Assembly: GCF_004010195.1 (NCBI RefSeq)
Contig: NC_057753.1
Location: 3,915,866-3,979,865 of the forward strand
Length of the DNA stretch: 64,000 bases
From: Chiloscyllium plagiosum
Taxonomy: Eukaryota
Direction: 5' to 3'
Shown piece by piece: positions 13,445-25,057 of the stretch. A program made the position numbers and the translations under genes. Below the pieces are notes generated by a model. That model was not told where the DNA came from, did not search any database, and worked only from the letters and a program-made list of their open reading frames with translations. Position 1 is the stretch's first letter. Each line of letters begins with the position of its first letter.

Positions 13445-14029
13445 CCTCCGAATTGGGAGACCCAGTCAGATCCTGGTGTCGTCTGTGCTGTCAGCCTCCT
13501 GGCCTTCTAATACACTGTGCAATGAGAACTGGAACAGTAAAAGACGGGTGTGAGGGAGCGGCCACCGAAACACAAAGACATATTGTGAAATGGACTGAAA
13601 TGAATGTAGCCATCTACAGAGATGGAACCGGGGGCGGGAGGTTACAGTGAAAACTGACAGATTGCTGTAAAAAAACGCAACTGATTCATGTCCTTCCAGG
13701 AAGGATACCTGTCACCTGGTCTGGACCCACACAACACTCTGATCTCCCATAATGGAGAGAAAGTGAGGGAGACCGGGGGACTGCGGTGAGACAGATCTTA
13801 AACAGCTGCAACCTGAACAAGAAGATTGACAGAGTCTCCCGAACCCCCAATCCCCTCCACCACCTCAAAAGGACCACGGTAGCAAAAGTTTGTGAAGACC
13901 ACCACAAAACATCCTGACTTGTCTTGAGCAGAAATTTCCTCTGCTTAAACATTGCAAAGACTGAAGCCGTTGACTTTTCAGTCCTCGCTACAAACTCTAC
14001 TCCTTTCCGACGACTCTAGCCCTCTCCCT

Positions 14030-15095
14030 TGTAACGGTGAGCCAGACTGTTCACAACCACCTCACAATGAGCTTCCAATCACATTTTCCATCATCTCGAA
14101 GGCCGCCTATTCATACCTCGGTAACATTACCCGAATCCACCTTCATCTCAGCTCATCTGCTGCCGAAACTCTTAGCCATTCCTTAGTCACTTCAAGACTT
14201 AACCGTCCTAATGCACTGTCAGCTGGCCTCCCACATTCAACCTCACTGTCATCTTGAGGTCATCCAGAACTCTGGTGCGCATATGTTTGCTCACACCCAA
14301 TTCCGTTCACACATCTGTGACGGTGCTGTCAGGTTAAAAAGGTTATTCTGTCTTTGGGTATTTTTTTTGAAGAGAAGTCGTAAAGGCAGAAGTGCTGCAG
14401 AGTCTAGGAAGTAACAAGGAAACAATGGAAGGGGAGCGGCCAGTTCTGGGTTTTTCTAGGATTTTTTTTTAAGTGTAGCAGTCGCAAGATGTTGGAATCC
14501 ACAAGAGTCGCAAGCTTCAGTAAAGAATTCCTCGCACTTTCTCTGAGAGCTCTCTCTCGATGTTCTCTTCTGCCTGTAAGAATCTGAGTTTGAATTTACC
14601 TTCTTGCGGAGAGTTGATGGGATGCTACTGGATTGGAACAGTTAATTAGTAATAGTTACTGTATCGGGTCAGTTAAGTTTTCCAATGTTATTCTAAATTC
14701 CGCTTTTGTTTTGTTTGTGTTTCAACTGTAGTGTTTAAATAAGTTCTGTCTTGCCTAAAGCCGAGTGGTTTGACCAGCTGCATCACACCTTGAAGACCCA
14801 CTTCACATCTACCTTTAAAACTAGAAAAGGTTTGGGTCTGGGCTACCTCCTTAAAATATTTTGAGTGGGTCTGGCCTGGTGTATGACACATCGCACCTGT
14901 GTTCACTGACCTACCTTCTGAAGCACCAAAACTTTAAAATTCTCATTCGTGATTTTCAAATTCCTCCTTGGCGCCTGCTTAGCGGTGTTATCGCCTCCAG
15001 CCGCGCAAATATCCCGTAGCTGTAATGTCACAACCCTCTGAGTTATCCATGGCCTCTTGAGCTTTTCTAAGAGATTTTAAATCGCTCCACCGTTG
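14030..15095 (+). mobile_element. L2-like LINE 3' fragment split by a solo LTR
   Basis: SSSAAETLSHSLVTSRL; L2-like sequence resumes after 14892. Confidence 0.65.
14316..14888. mobile_element. Solo LTR (probably Gypsy)
   Basis: 573 bp TGTGAC...TATGACA flanked by 4-bp TSD CATC (14312-14315 / 14889-14892). Confidence 0.75.
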
Positions 15096-15117
15096 CTGAC
15101 TGGGTCTATATATTGGC

Positions 15118-15291
15118 GAGTTTTGAGAAGATTTGTAGCCCAATTTGAGGTTCTGGATGTAGGTTTGCTCGCTGAGCTGGAAGGTTCCTTTTCAGAAGCT
15201 TCGTCCAGAGGTTCACTGAAGATATTATCCAGTATGGTGACAAAACGTCTGAAAATGAACCTTCAAACTCAGTCAGCAAACCTACATCCAA
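15118..15291. mobile_element. Palindromic Penelope-like terminal fragment (family B)
   Basis: Arms GGATGTAGGTTTGCT..AGCAAACCTACATCC; ttcaCTGAAGA..GGTGACAAAACGTCtgaa at 15212-15253; matches the PLE end at 55560-55632. Confidence 0.75.
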
Positions 15292-15825
15292 GGTCTATAT
15301 ACGCCAAGGCCACAAGCTTTGTCTTTTCCTCCCTTAACCTCTCTGCCTCTGACCTTACTTCCCTCAGAGTCATCCTTAAAACTTACTTTTCTGTCTCAGC
15401 TGTGGTTCCCTGTCTTACAGTGTGGCCCTGTGTCAAAAGTCGCTTTATAACATATCTATGAATGAAATGAATTATTTTATTCTTCAGTAGGTCTCATCTA
15501 AATACAAATTACTCTTGTCGGTTTGGACACTGATCATAATGCCTGGTTCTGTCATAATACATGGATGAGTACCTTGTAACTGTTGACCTAACAGCATTGC
15601 AGGAGCACTTTTACCATGGCATTTGTTCAAACATGGACAACTGGGGATTGGCAATAATTGTTTCTCTCTCGACTGAAACCAGCAGAGTTAATGTTTCACT
15701 CGTGTTTCACTAACACAGGGTGAAATATGGAATAAAATTGGTGCAGAATTTGGTCAATACAAGGTCAGAAGTGGAAAAGAAATCGACAATAGCATAGGAG
15801 AAACAATTCCTGATGGCGAATTTCA

Positions 15826-16065
15826 GGCGGGCACGGTGGCTCAGTGGTTAGCACTGCTGCCTCACGGCGCCAGGGACCTGAGTTCAATCCCAGCCTTGGG
15901 GTGACCCTCTGTGTGGAGTTTGCACATTCTCCCCGGGTCTGCGTGGGTTTCCTCCGGGTGCTCCGGTTTCCTCCCACAGTCCAAAGATGTGCAGGTTAGG
16001 GTGAATTGGCCAGGCTAAACTGTCCAAAGTGTTTGGGGATGTACAGGTTGGAGTGAATTGGCAGC
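15826..16065 (+). mobile_element. HE1/V-SINE-type SINE, 3' truncated
   Basis: Intact tRNA-like head and V core. Confidence 0.9.
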
Positions 16066-16359
16066 ACCTGGTCAGGTAACCTCATTCAGACACAGTCGGC
16101 AGAAATAACAACAGATTACTGAACAGAGCTAAAAGGAGGGGTGGATGTTACACACAGCAGGGGGGGACAGAGATGAACCAGAGCAAAGGATGGGCATGGA
16201 TTCAGGTTAACAGTAAAGAAGCTACACCAGCTCCACAACCATGGAACCTGTCACAGGTAACAGAGAACAGCACAAAAAGCTCTAAATTATAGCTGAATTT
16301 TCAAAACATTCTCACCTTGACAACAATTACTCGGCTGGAGTCTGTCAATAAAACAATAT

Positions 16360-16850
16360 TAGATTAGATTAGATTCCCTACAGTGCGGGGACAGGCATCT
16401 GGCCCAACCAGTCCACACCGACTCTCCAAAGAGTAACCCACCCAGACCCATTGTCGTAACCTACATTTACCCCTGAGTGGGGCACACGTATGGGCCCCAA
16501 CTATGCCTGTCTCTTTGTTGGCTACGTAACACCGACTCTCCAAAGAGTAACCCACCCAGACCCATTGTCGTAACCTACATTTACCCCTGAGTAATGCACC
16601 TAACCTGCCCATCCCTGGGCACTATGGGACAATTTAGCACGGCCAATCCACCCTAACCTGCCCATCCCTGGGCACTATGGGACAATTTAGCACGGCCAAT
16701 CCATCCTAACCTGCACATCCCTGGGCACTATGGGACAATTTAGCACGGCCAATCCACCCTAACCTGCACATCCCTGGGCACTATGGGACAATTTAGCACG
16801 GCCAATCCATCCTAACCCGCACATCCCTGGACACCATGGGACAATTTAGC
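16360..16850 (-). mobile_element. HE1-type SINE 3' half with a 53-bp tandem expansion and an inserted PLE fragment
   Basis: (TCTAA)n tail; 53-bp unit x~4.8 at 16598-16850; 64-bp duplication 16415-16478 / 16529-16592. Confidence 0.85.
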
Positions 16851-16851
16851 A

Positions 16852-18820
16852 GTCGAGCGAGGGAGCCGTGGTTTACTAAGGAAATTGAATCTCTTGTCAA
16901 GGGGAAGAGGAAGGTTTATGTAAAGATGAGACGTGAAGGCTCAGTTAGGGCGCTTGAGAGTTACAGGTTAGCCAGGAAGGACATAAAGAGAGAGAGCTAA
17001 GAAGAGCCAGGAGGGGACATGAGAAGTCTTTGGCAGGTAGGGTCAAGGAAAACCCAAAAGGTATGACAGCAATAAAAGAATGACTGGGGTAAGATTAGGG
17101 CCAGTTAAGGACAGTAGTGGGAAGCTGTATGAGGAGTCTGAAGAGATCGGAGAGGCACTAAATGAATATTTTCCATCAGTTTTCACACAAGAAAAAGACA
17201 TTGTTGCCGAGGAGAATACTAAGATACAAGCCATTAGACGAAAAGAGATTAATGTTCATAAGGAGGAGGTGTTAGCAATTCCGGAAAGTGTGAAAAAACA
17301 GATAAGTCCCCTGGGATGGTGGAATTTACCCAAAGGTTCTCTGGAAAGCTAGGGAGGAGATTGCAAATCCTTTGACTTTGATCTTTATGTCATCATTACC
17401 TACAGGAACAGTGTCAGGAGACTGGAGGATAGCAAATGTCCCCTTGTTCAAGAAGGGGAGTAGAGACAACCCTGGTAATTATAGACCAGTGAGCCTTACT
17501 TCTGTTTTGGGCAAAGTTTTGGAAAGGATTATAAGAGATAGAATTTATAATCATCTAGAAAGGATTAATTTGATTAGGGATAGTCAGCACAGTTTTGTGA
17601 AGGGTAGGTCGTGCCTCAGAAACCTTATTGAGTTCTTTGAGAAGGTGACCAAACAGGTGGATGAGGGTAAAGCAGTTGATCTGGTGTATATGGATTTCAG
17701 CAAGGCGTTCGATAAGGTTCCCCACAGTAGGCTAATGCAGAAAATATAGAGGCATGAGATTGAGGGTGATTTAGCGGTTTGGATCAGTAATTGGCTAGCT
17801 GAAAGAAGGTGGTGGTTGATGGGAAATGTTCATCCTGGAATTCAGTTACTAGTGGGGTACCACAAGGAACTGTTTTGGGTCCACTACGGTTTGTCATTTT
17901 TATAAACGACCTGGATGAGGGCGTAAAGGATGGGTTAGTAAATTTGCGAATGACACTAAGGTCAGTGGAGTTGTGGATAGTGCTGAAGGATGTTGTAGGT
18001 TACAGAGGGACATAGATAAGCTGCAGAGCTGGGCTGAGAGGTGGCAAATGGAGTTTAATGTGGGAAAAGAGTGAGAGGATTAACTTCGGAAGGAACAACA
18101 GCAATAAAAAATACTGGGCTAATGATAAGATTCTTGGTTGTGCAGATGAGCAGAGAGATCTCGGTGTCCATGTACACAGATCCCCGAAACTTGCCACCCA
18201 GGTTGATAGGATTGTTAAGGAGGAATATGGTGTGTTAGCTTTTATTGGCAGAGGGATTGAGTTTTGGAGCCACAAGGTTATGCTGCAGCTGTACAACACT
18301 CTGGTGCGGCCGCACTTGGAGTATTGTGTACATTTCTGGTCACCGTATTACAGGAAGCATGTGGAATTATTGGAAAGGCTGCAGAGGAAATTTACTAGGA
18401 TGTTGCCTGGTCTGGAGGAAAGGCCATATGAGGAAAGGCTAAGGGACTTGAGGCTGTTTTCGTTAGAGTGAAGAAGGTCGAGAGGTGACTTAATAGAGAC
18501 ATACAAGATGATCAGAGGGTTAGATAGGGTGGACAGGGAGAGCCTTTTTCCTCAGATGGTGATGGCTAGCACGAGGGGATATGGTTTTAAGGGGGTGATA
18601 GATATCGGACAGACATCAGATAGTCGTCGGGGTGTGGAACGTACTGCCTGCAACAGTAGTAGACTCGCCGACGTTAAGGGCATTTAAATGGTCACGAGAT
18701 AAACATACGGATGAGAATGGAATGGTGTAGGACAGATAGGCTGCAGATTGGTTCTGCAGGTCGGCACAACATCGAGGGCCGAGGGGCCTGGACTGCGCTA
18801 GAATGTTTTATGTTCTATAC
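16852..18820 (+). mobile_element. CR1 LINE, 5'-truncated, full RT region, frameshifted
   Basis: [41 protein letters not shown]. Confidence 0.95.
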
Positions 18821-19021
18821 TCCTTCATATGAGAGAAACAACATTTACTTCTGACCCCAGTCAAGTCTGCTCCAGAAACTTCAAAGATCTTTCACTCCCT
18901 GCGATTTCTGATTTAAAATAATTCCTCAATTACTCTCAACAAAAAGCAAATCAGATAATCAAACGGTGCAAAAGAGGTCCTTTGACCCATCAAGACTGTA
19001 CCTTCTAAAAATACACTATGA

Positions 19022-19238
19022 GGAGAAAGTGAGGTCTGCAGATGCTGGAGATCAAAGTTGAAACTTTATTGCTGGAACAGCACAGCAGGTCAGGCAGCAT
19101 CCAGGGAACAGGAGAATCGACGTTTCGGGCACAGGCCCTTCTTCAGGAATGAAGAAGGGCCTGTGCCCGAAACGTCGAATCTCCTGTTCCCTGGATGCTG
19201 CCTGACCTGCTGTGCTGTTCCAGCAATAAAGTTTCAAC
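19022..19238. mobile_element. Palindromic Penelope-like element (family A) with hammerhead motifs
   Basis: Near-perfect inverted repeat 19057-19238; TSD AAAAATACACTATGA (19007-19021 / 19239-19253). Confidence 0.85.
19119..19146 (-). ncRNA. Minimal type I hammerhead ribozyme motif
   Basis: CUGAAGA-A-GGGC-CUGU-GCCC-GAAACGUC: intact core, 4-bp stem II, palindromic ACGU stem III. Confidence 0.7.
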
Positions 19239-19599
19239 AAAAATACACTATGACCTACATTAGTCCCATAACTGTAAAGTTATGTCCCTTTGTTATTGAC
19301 CAACGGCCTTCTGTTCAACCTATCCAGTCTGCTAATACTCAGAAATACCTCGATCGGGTCCCCTCTCAAATTTCCTGAGCTAATCCAGTCTCTTTCCATC
19401 GCTAAAATGCTCTATTCCAGACAGCATCCTGGTAAATCTTCTACGCATCCTCCCAAGTGCAACCTCAGTGATCCGAACATCAATTATCCAAAGTTTGGAT
19501 TATCCGAACAAAATCTCAAGGTCCCAAAAACATTTTATGAAATTTAAATTAAAGCACAGAGAGAGCAGGCAGCCAGGGCTGGCAGCAGGAGCAGGGTCG

Positions 19600-19905
19600 C
19601 CAGGGGAAACCCTGACCCTGTTATTACCCCCCACCAGGGGAATCCTGTCCCTGCTATTACCCCATTGCCAGGGGAACCCTGTCCCTGTTTTTACCCCATT
19701 GCCAGGGGAACCCTGTCCCTGCTATTACCCCCTACCAGGGGAACCCTGTCCCTGCTATTACCCCCCACCAGGGGAACCCTGTCCCTGCTATTACCCCCCA
19801 CCAGGGGAACCCTGTCCCTGCTATTACCCCCCGCCAGGGGAACCCTGTCCCCGCTATTACCCCATCGCCAGGGGAACCCTGTCCCTGCTATTCCCCCCGC
19901 CACGG
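19600..19905. repeat. 33-bp minisatellite, 9 copies
   Basis: Unit CCAGGGGAACCCTGTCCCTGCTATTACCCCCCA with variants. Confidence 0.95.
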
Positions 19906-19959
19906 AAACTCTGATTAGTTCTCCAAACAATGAGTTTTTCTAACAAACTCCTCTCCGCC

Positions 19960-20920
19960 CGTCTCGTTCGGATCATCGAGGTTGTTCTGCACATCTTTCT
20001 GATATTGCAGCGACCAGAACTGCACACAGTCCAGTAGCCTCACCAAAGTTCTGCACAGCTCCAACATAATCTTCTTTCTCTTCTAATCTATGCTACAGCT
20101 GGTAAAGACAAGCTTTCCTTTCTGAACGACCCAATTATCCGGTCCTACTCCCTTTCAGGGATCCACAGGTAAGTATTTAGAGGTGCATTCCTCTGAGCTG
20201 CCGAGTGTCCTGCCATTCACTGAGTATTACCTTACTGTGATCCTCATTCTAAAGTGCATCACCTCACAACTGGAACGTAGAACATAGAAAAATACAGCGC
20301 AGTACAGGCCCTTTGGCCCTCGATGTTGCGCCGATCCAAGCCCACCTAACCTACACTAGCCCACTGTCCTCCATATGCCTATCCAATGCCCGTTTATATG
20401 CCCATAAGGAGGGAGAGTCCACCACTGCTACTGGCAGGGCATTCCATGAACTCACGACTCGCTGAGTAAAGATAAATCCTCATGCTACTGATCCACCCAT
20501 CTGACCAATCCGTTTATATCCTCCTATAGCCTAATACCCTCTTCCTCACTGTCAGTCACCCAGCCCATCAATGCGTCATCCACAAACTTACTTATAGTCT
20601 CCCCTACCCACGTTCTCACCTACATCAGTACGAATATCAGGAACAATTAGAGACTGATCCCTGGGGTTTGCCACTGCACACTGGGCTCCAATCACACAAG
20701 CAGCCTTCTCTCTGTCTCCTATCACTGAGCCAACTTGCCAAGTTACCCTGATCCCACAAGCTTGGATCTTCATTATCAGTTTCCCATGTGGGTCCTCATC
20801 AGAGACCTTGCTCAAATCCATATATACTATATCAACTTCCCTTCCCTCACACTAATACTTGGTCACAAACATTCCACCAGATTTGTTTGGCATGGCCTCC
20901 CTCTGACACAGCCATGCTGA
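19960..20920 (-). mobile_element. Decayed CR1 with a nested younger CR1 3' end (~20275-20470)
   Basis: MDLSKVSDEDPHGKL (cf. DFSKAFDKVPH); tail (AGAACAT)n at ~20275. Confidence 0.7.
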
Positions 20921-21782
20921 CTACCCGATCAAAGTTTTACCCTTCACTATTTTCTCCAATAGTCTCCTTCTTATTTATGTTACACACACATGCCTATAAT
21001 TCCCTGGTCCAGCTCTAGCACCCCTTTCAACAATCCTCCATTTGCAGTCACCTGATAACTGATACTTTATTTCCTTTAATCCTTCGTAACCAACGTCCAT
21101 ATACCACCTGTTTGACATCCAAACTCTACAAAGGATATTTATATTTATATCACACATCTTTTATCCCACACTGGAGTCAGAGAAAAATCTCACAGTTGGG
21201 GAAATACACAAAGGAGCATTACGACATCACACATAGGAAAGCAGAACATCAGGCTACGTGTAACTCAGTGATCATGACACACTATGAAGGATATAAATGT
21301 TTCTGAGAGGGTGCAGAAGAGGGTTACCAGAATAGTTGCAAGGATGAGAAATTTTAGCTGCAAGGTTAATTTGGAGATTGTTGAGAGATTTGACACAGTC
21401 ACACAAGGTTATGATTGTCTAAATCAGTCTGGATTAAGATTATTTTCATGATCAGATCATAAAAGAGTTAAAGGACAGGGATTTAAGATGTTCAGCAAGA
21501 CCCATAAGGGAGAAATGAAAAAGATCTTTCTTAGATGACAACAGGCAAACATCTGGAAACTCAATCCTTACCCTTGAATGTCAAATATCCAGGTCCTGAT
21601 AAATCAACCAACACTGTCAGATCTCAAGGTGACAATTGGTTTGAATTTCCCAAATGCAAATCCTCCACTTGCAGTAACCTGAAAAACACATTTACAAAGT
21701 TATTATTCTTTAAGTTCTCTCTTTTCATTTTGCTGTACCAGTTACAAAAGCTATTCTAGTAAAGCTGCAACACTGACATCTC

Positions 21783-22045
21783 TTCACAGCGCCAGGGACC
21801 CGGGTTCAATTCCCGCCTCAGGCGACTCTCTGTGTGGAGTTTGCACATTCTCCCTGTGTCTGCGTGGGTTTCCTCCGGGTGCTCCGGTTTCCTCCCACAG
21901 TCCAAAAATGTGCAGGTTAGGTGAATTGGCTATGCTAAGTTGCCCGTAGTGTTAGGTTAGGGGTATGGGTGGGTTGCGCTTCGGCAGGTCAGTGTGGACT
22001 TGTTGGGCCAAAGGGCCTGTTTCCACATTGTAATGTAATCTAAAA
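21783..22045 (+). mobile_element. HE1/V-SINE-type SINE
   Basis: B-box GGTTCAATTCC, V core, tail. Confidence 0.9.
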
Positions 22046-22409
22046 TCTCATTCCCCAGCTAACATCCTGGTCCACAGATAAATCCATCTGAATAATTTCT
22101 GCTCCATCAGTCTGTACTCCAGCAAAGGATGTTGTGAATAGAAAAACCAATCAGCAGTTATGCAATACCAACTCACCTCCTGACTCCCCAAAACCAGTCC
22201 ATCATCTCCAAGGCCCTGTCCAGGAGTACATTGGTGCGCTCTTTGCTTTCCTGGGTGAGTTAAACGACAAACTTAGGTGAAAAAGCAAGGACAGCTGGGA
22301 CTGCAAGCTGTGAAGGCAGAATCTATACACTGCAGAATAAGATGGACAGGTTAAATGAACTGATGAGGCAGAAATGTTTCAGATGGATTTGTCTTGACTT
22401 TTGTGGGCA

Positions 22410-22490
22410 GGAGAAAGTGAGGTCTGCAGATGCTGGAGATCAAAGTTGAAACTTTATTGCTGGAACAGCACAGCAGGCCAGGCAGCACCC
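22410..22490. mobile_element. Penelope-like terminal fragment (family A)
   Basis: Almost identical to 19022-19100. Confidence 0.8.
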
Positions 22491-22899
22491 ATAAGATGGA
22501 CAGGTTAAATGAACTGATGAGGCATAAATGATTCAGATGGATTTGTCTTGACTTTTGTGGGCAGGACATAGCTGAGGGATTATCCATATTTTGGAGAGAT
22601 GTCAGTGTTGCACCTTTATTGGAACAGCCTGGTACAGTAAAATGAAAAGAGACAGTTTCAATCCTGGGATTAAGAATAATAACTTTGCAAATGTGTGTTT
22701 TCAGGTTTCTGCAAGTGGGGGGGGGGTTTGCATTTGGGAAATTAAATGAGTTGTTAACAAGGTAGTGAACGTGACGCCAGTGAGGAGACCCAACAGCGTC
22801 CAGGACAAAGCTGATTTTTCTTTTTGTTTTTATTTTCTTCTTGGAGCAGCCCCATGCACACCCTCCATCACTGATCCACAGCAGCTGCAGCCTGGCCCA

Positions 22900-23420
22900 T
22901 GGTCCAAGGCAGCAACTTGCCCCGCAGCAAGATGGCGGCCCCGTCGCCACTGCCCCCAATAAAGATGGCGGCCCCGTCGCCACTGCCCCCAATAAAGATG
23001 GCGGACCCGTCGCCACCGCCCACAGTAAAGATGGCGGCCCCGTCGCCACTGCCCCCAATAAAGATGGCGGCCCCGTCGCCACCGCCCACAGTAAAGATGG
23101 CGGCCCCGTCGCCACTGCCCCCAATAAAGATGGCGGCCGCAAGCCCGGGCCTGCAAAGCGCGGCAGGCCGTAAAACCGGAGCGAGCCGGCGCCCGGGGGA
23201 GCACCTCGCTCCCGGTCGGCGGAGCCCCGCGGCTGTCCACGCAGCCTTCCTAGCCCAGTAGCGAGCTCCGCATGCACTCACCGCGGCCCCGGCTGCTCTC
23301 CTCCGCGATGGGAGCCGACCGCCGACGTTTCCGGCCGAGCCCGGGTCGCCGCCGGCAATGCGCATGCGCCAGGCCGGGGGGGCGCACGCCTGCGCAGTGC
23401 CGGACTTGTGAATGCATTCC
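22900..23420 (-). promoter_or_regulatory. CpG island, putative promoter and non-coding exon 1 of ZNF gene 2
   Basis: Dense CpG; NRF1 palindrome TGCGCATGCGC at 23359-23369; minus-strand donor GCG|GTGAGT at 23282/23281. Link to gene 2 is inferred. Confidence 0.7.
22928..23138. repeat. 33-bp tandem repeat carrying 7 YY1 motifs
   Basis: AAGATGGCGG at 22929, 22962, 22995, 23028, 23061, 23094 and 23127. Confidence 0.95.
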
Positions 23421-23614
23421 TCCCCCTGGATTTGGCTTTGGGTCATCATCACATTGGCATGGGTTGTCTCTTGTTGGTGTGTGCGTGGCACCGCTGTTGA
23501 CCTTATGGTGTTTCAAGACAAACATGCAAAGTTATTAGGTCAATTTATACAGCAGCCAGGGGTTTTTACCACTTGCTGTAATGATCCTGACGTGTGGAAA
23601 GTGGGAGAAAGACA

Positions 23615-24100
23615 TAGAATAGAATCCCTGCAGTGTGGAAACAGGCCCAACAAGTCCACACCAATCCTCCGAAGAGTCACCCACCCTATTATCCTCTGAT
23701 TTGTAGATGCCGGTGTTGGACTGGGGTGCACAAAGTTAAAAATCACACAACACCAGGTTATAGTCCAATAGGTTCCAATTAGTGCTACTAGTGTGCTTCC
23801 AATTAAACCTGTTGGACTATAACCTGGTGTTGTGTGATTTTTAACTATTATCCTATATTATCCTGACTAATCTACCGAGCCTACATATGCATGTATCCGA
23901 ACACAATGGGCAATTTAGCACGGCCAATTCACCTTAACCTGCACACCTTTGGGTTGTGGGAGGAAACTAGAGCAAACCTACGCCGACACAGGCTTGGTGG
24001 GGAGAACGTGTAAACTCCACACAGACATTCACCCAAGGCTGGAATCAAACCCGGGTTCCTGGTGCTGTGAGGCAACAGTGCTAACCACTGAGCCAACTAT
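23615..24100 (-). mobile_element. HE1-type SINE interrupted by a PLE palindrome
   Basis: SINE tail 23615-23695 and body 23845-24100. Confidence 0.85.
23696..23845. mobile_element. Palindromic Penelope-like fragment (family C)
   Basis: Arms AGTTAAAAATCACACAACACCAGGTTATAGTCCAA and its reverse complement; TSD CTATTATCCT. Confidence 0.8.
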
Positions 24101-24159
24101 GCCGGCAAGTTGCCAGAAGGAGGATTTTACACGTGCAACTCAGTCACAGCATGCACAGA

Positions 24160-24365
24160 AACACAAATAAAACAAAAAACTGGGGATTCTGCAACAAAAC
24201 CAGAAATTGCTGGAGCAAGTCAGCAGGCTTGGCAGCACCCGTGGAAATGGTGTGGGTCAGTGACAGCAGGTCTGGAGAAGGGTTGCCGGACATGAAATGT
24301 TATCTTTGCTTTCTCTCCACAGACGGTGGCATTTTCCAGCAATTTCTGTTTCTTTTGTATTTCAG
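24160..24365. mobile_element. Decayed Penelope-like palindrome (family D)
   Basis: CAGAAATTGCTGGA..TCCAGCAATTTCTG arms; degenerate CTGGAGAAGGGT..GAAATGTT. Confidence 0.55.
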
Positions 24366-24531
24366 AACATCACACCATGCACATGAAGAAAGTGAACAGG
24401 TGCTTGGGAATACAAAAAGGCTAATGTAATTAATTCCTGTAATGGGGGTTTACTCATAAGGAAAGGTTTGACAGACTCAGCCTGCATCCATTGCACATTA
24501 GAAGAATGAGAGTTGATCTTCTTGAAACATA

Positions 24532-24945
24532 TTGCCAGGGTTGCAGGTTTTGAGCTATAGGGAGAGGCTGAACAGGCTGTGGCTGTTTTTCCTGGAGCTT
24601 CGGAGGCTGAGGGGTGACCTTATAGAGGTTTATAAAATCATGAGGGGCATGAATAGGGTAAATAGACAAACTAGAGGGCAGAGATTTAGGGTGAGAGGGA
24701 AAAGATATAAAAGAGACATAACGGGCAACTTTTCCACACATGTATGGAATGAGCTGCCAGAGGAAGTGGTGGAGGCTGGTACAATTGCAACATTTAAAAG
24801 GCATCTGGATGGGTATATGAATAGGAAATGCCTTAGACGGATATTGGCTGGCAAGTGGGACTAGATTAAGTTGGGATAGCTGGTCGGCATGAACAAGTTT
24901 GACTGAAGGGACTGTTTCCATGCTACAGATCTGAATGACTTGATA
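24532..24945 (+). mobile_element. CR1 3' fragment
   Basis: RLRGDLIEVYKIMRG, VWNELPEEVVEAG. Confidence 0.9.
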
Positions 24946-25057
24946 TGTAATGGTCAGGAGTCTTAACAGGGTGGACACCTTGTGAGAAAGACTGGAACTA
25001 GTTTAAATTTAAAATCTCTCTCATTTAAGAGAAGGATGAGGAGGATTTCCTTTTCCC

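Noticed and set aside
15826..15895. tRNA gene
   Set aside because: A and B boxes continue into a SINE core; this applies to all SINE heads here.
19632..19875. CTCF site array (CCACCAGGGG)
   Set aside because: Lacks the 3' GCGC part of the CTCF core (has AACC).
19468..19943. Pro/Cys-rich repeat protein (PGEPCPCYYPP)
   Set aside because: Minisatellite open in several frames; no splice or start support.
22351..23538. Long ORFs (up to 308 aa; KMAAPSPLPP repeats)
   Set aside because: Caused by a 33-bp GC-rich repeat with period divisible by three; no domain. AAGATGGCG is better explained as a YY1 motif than as seven start codons.
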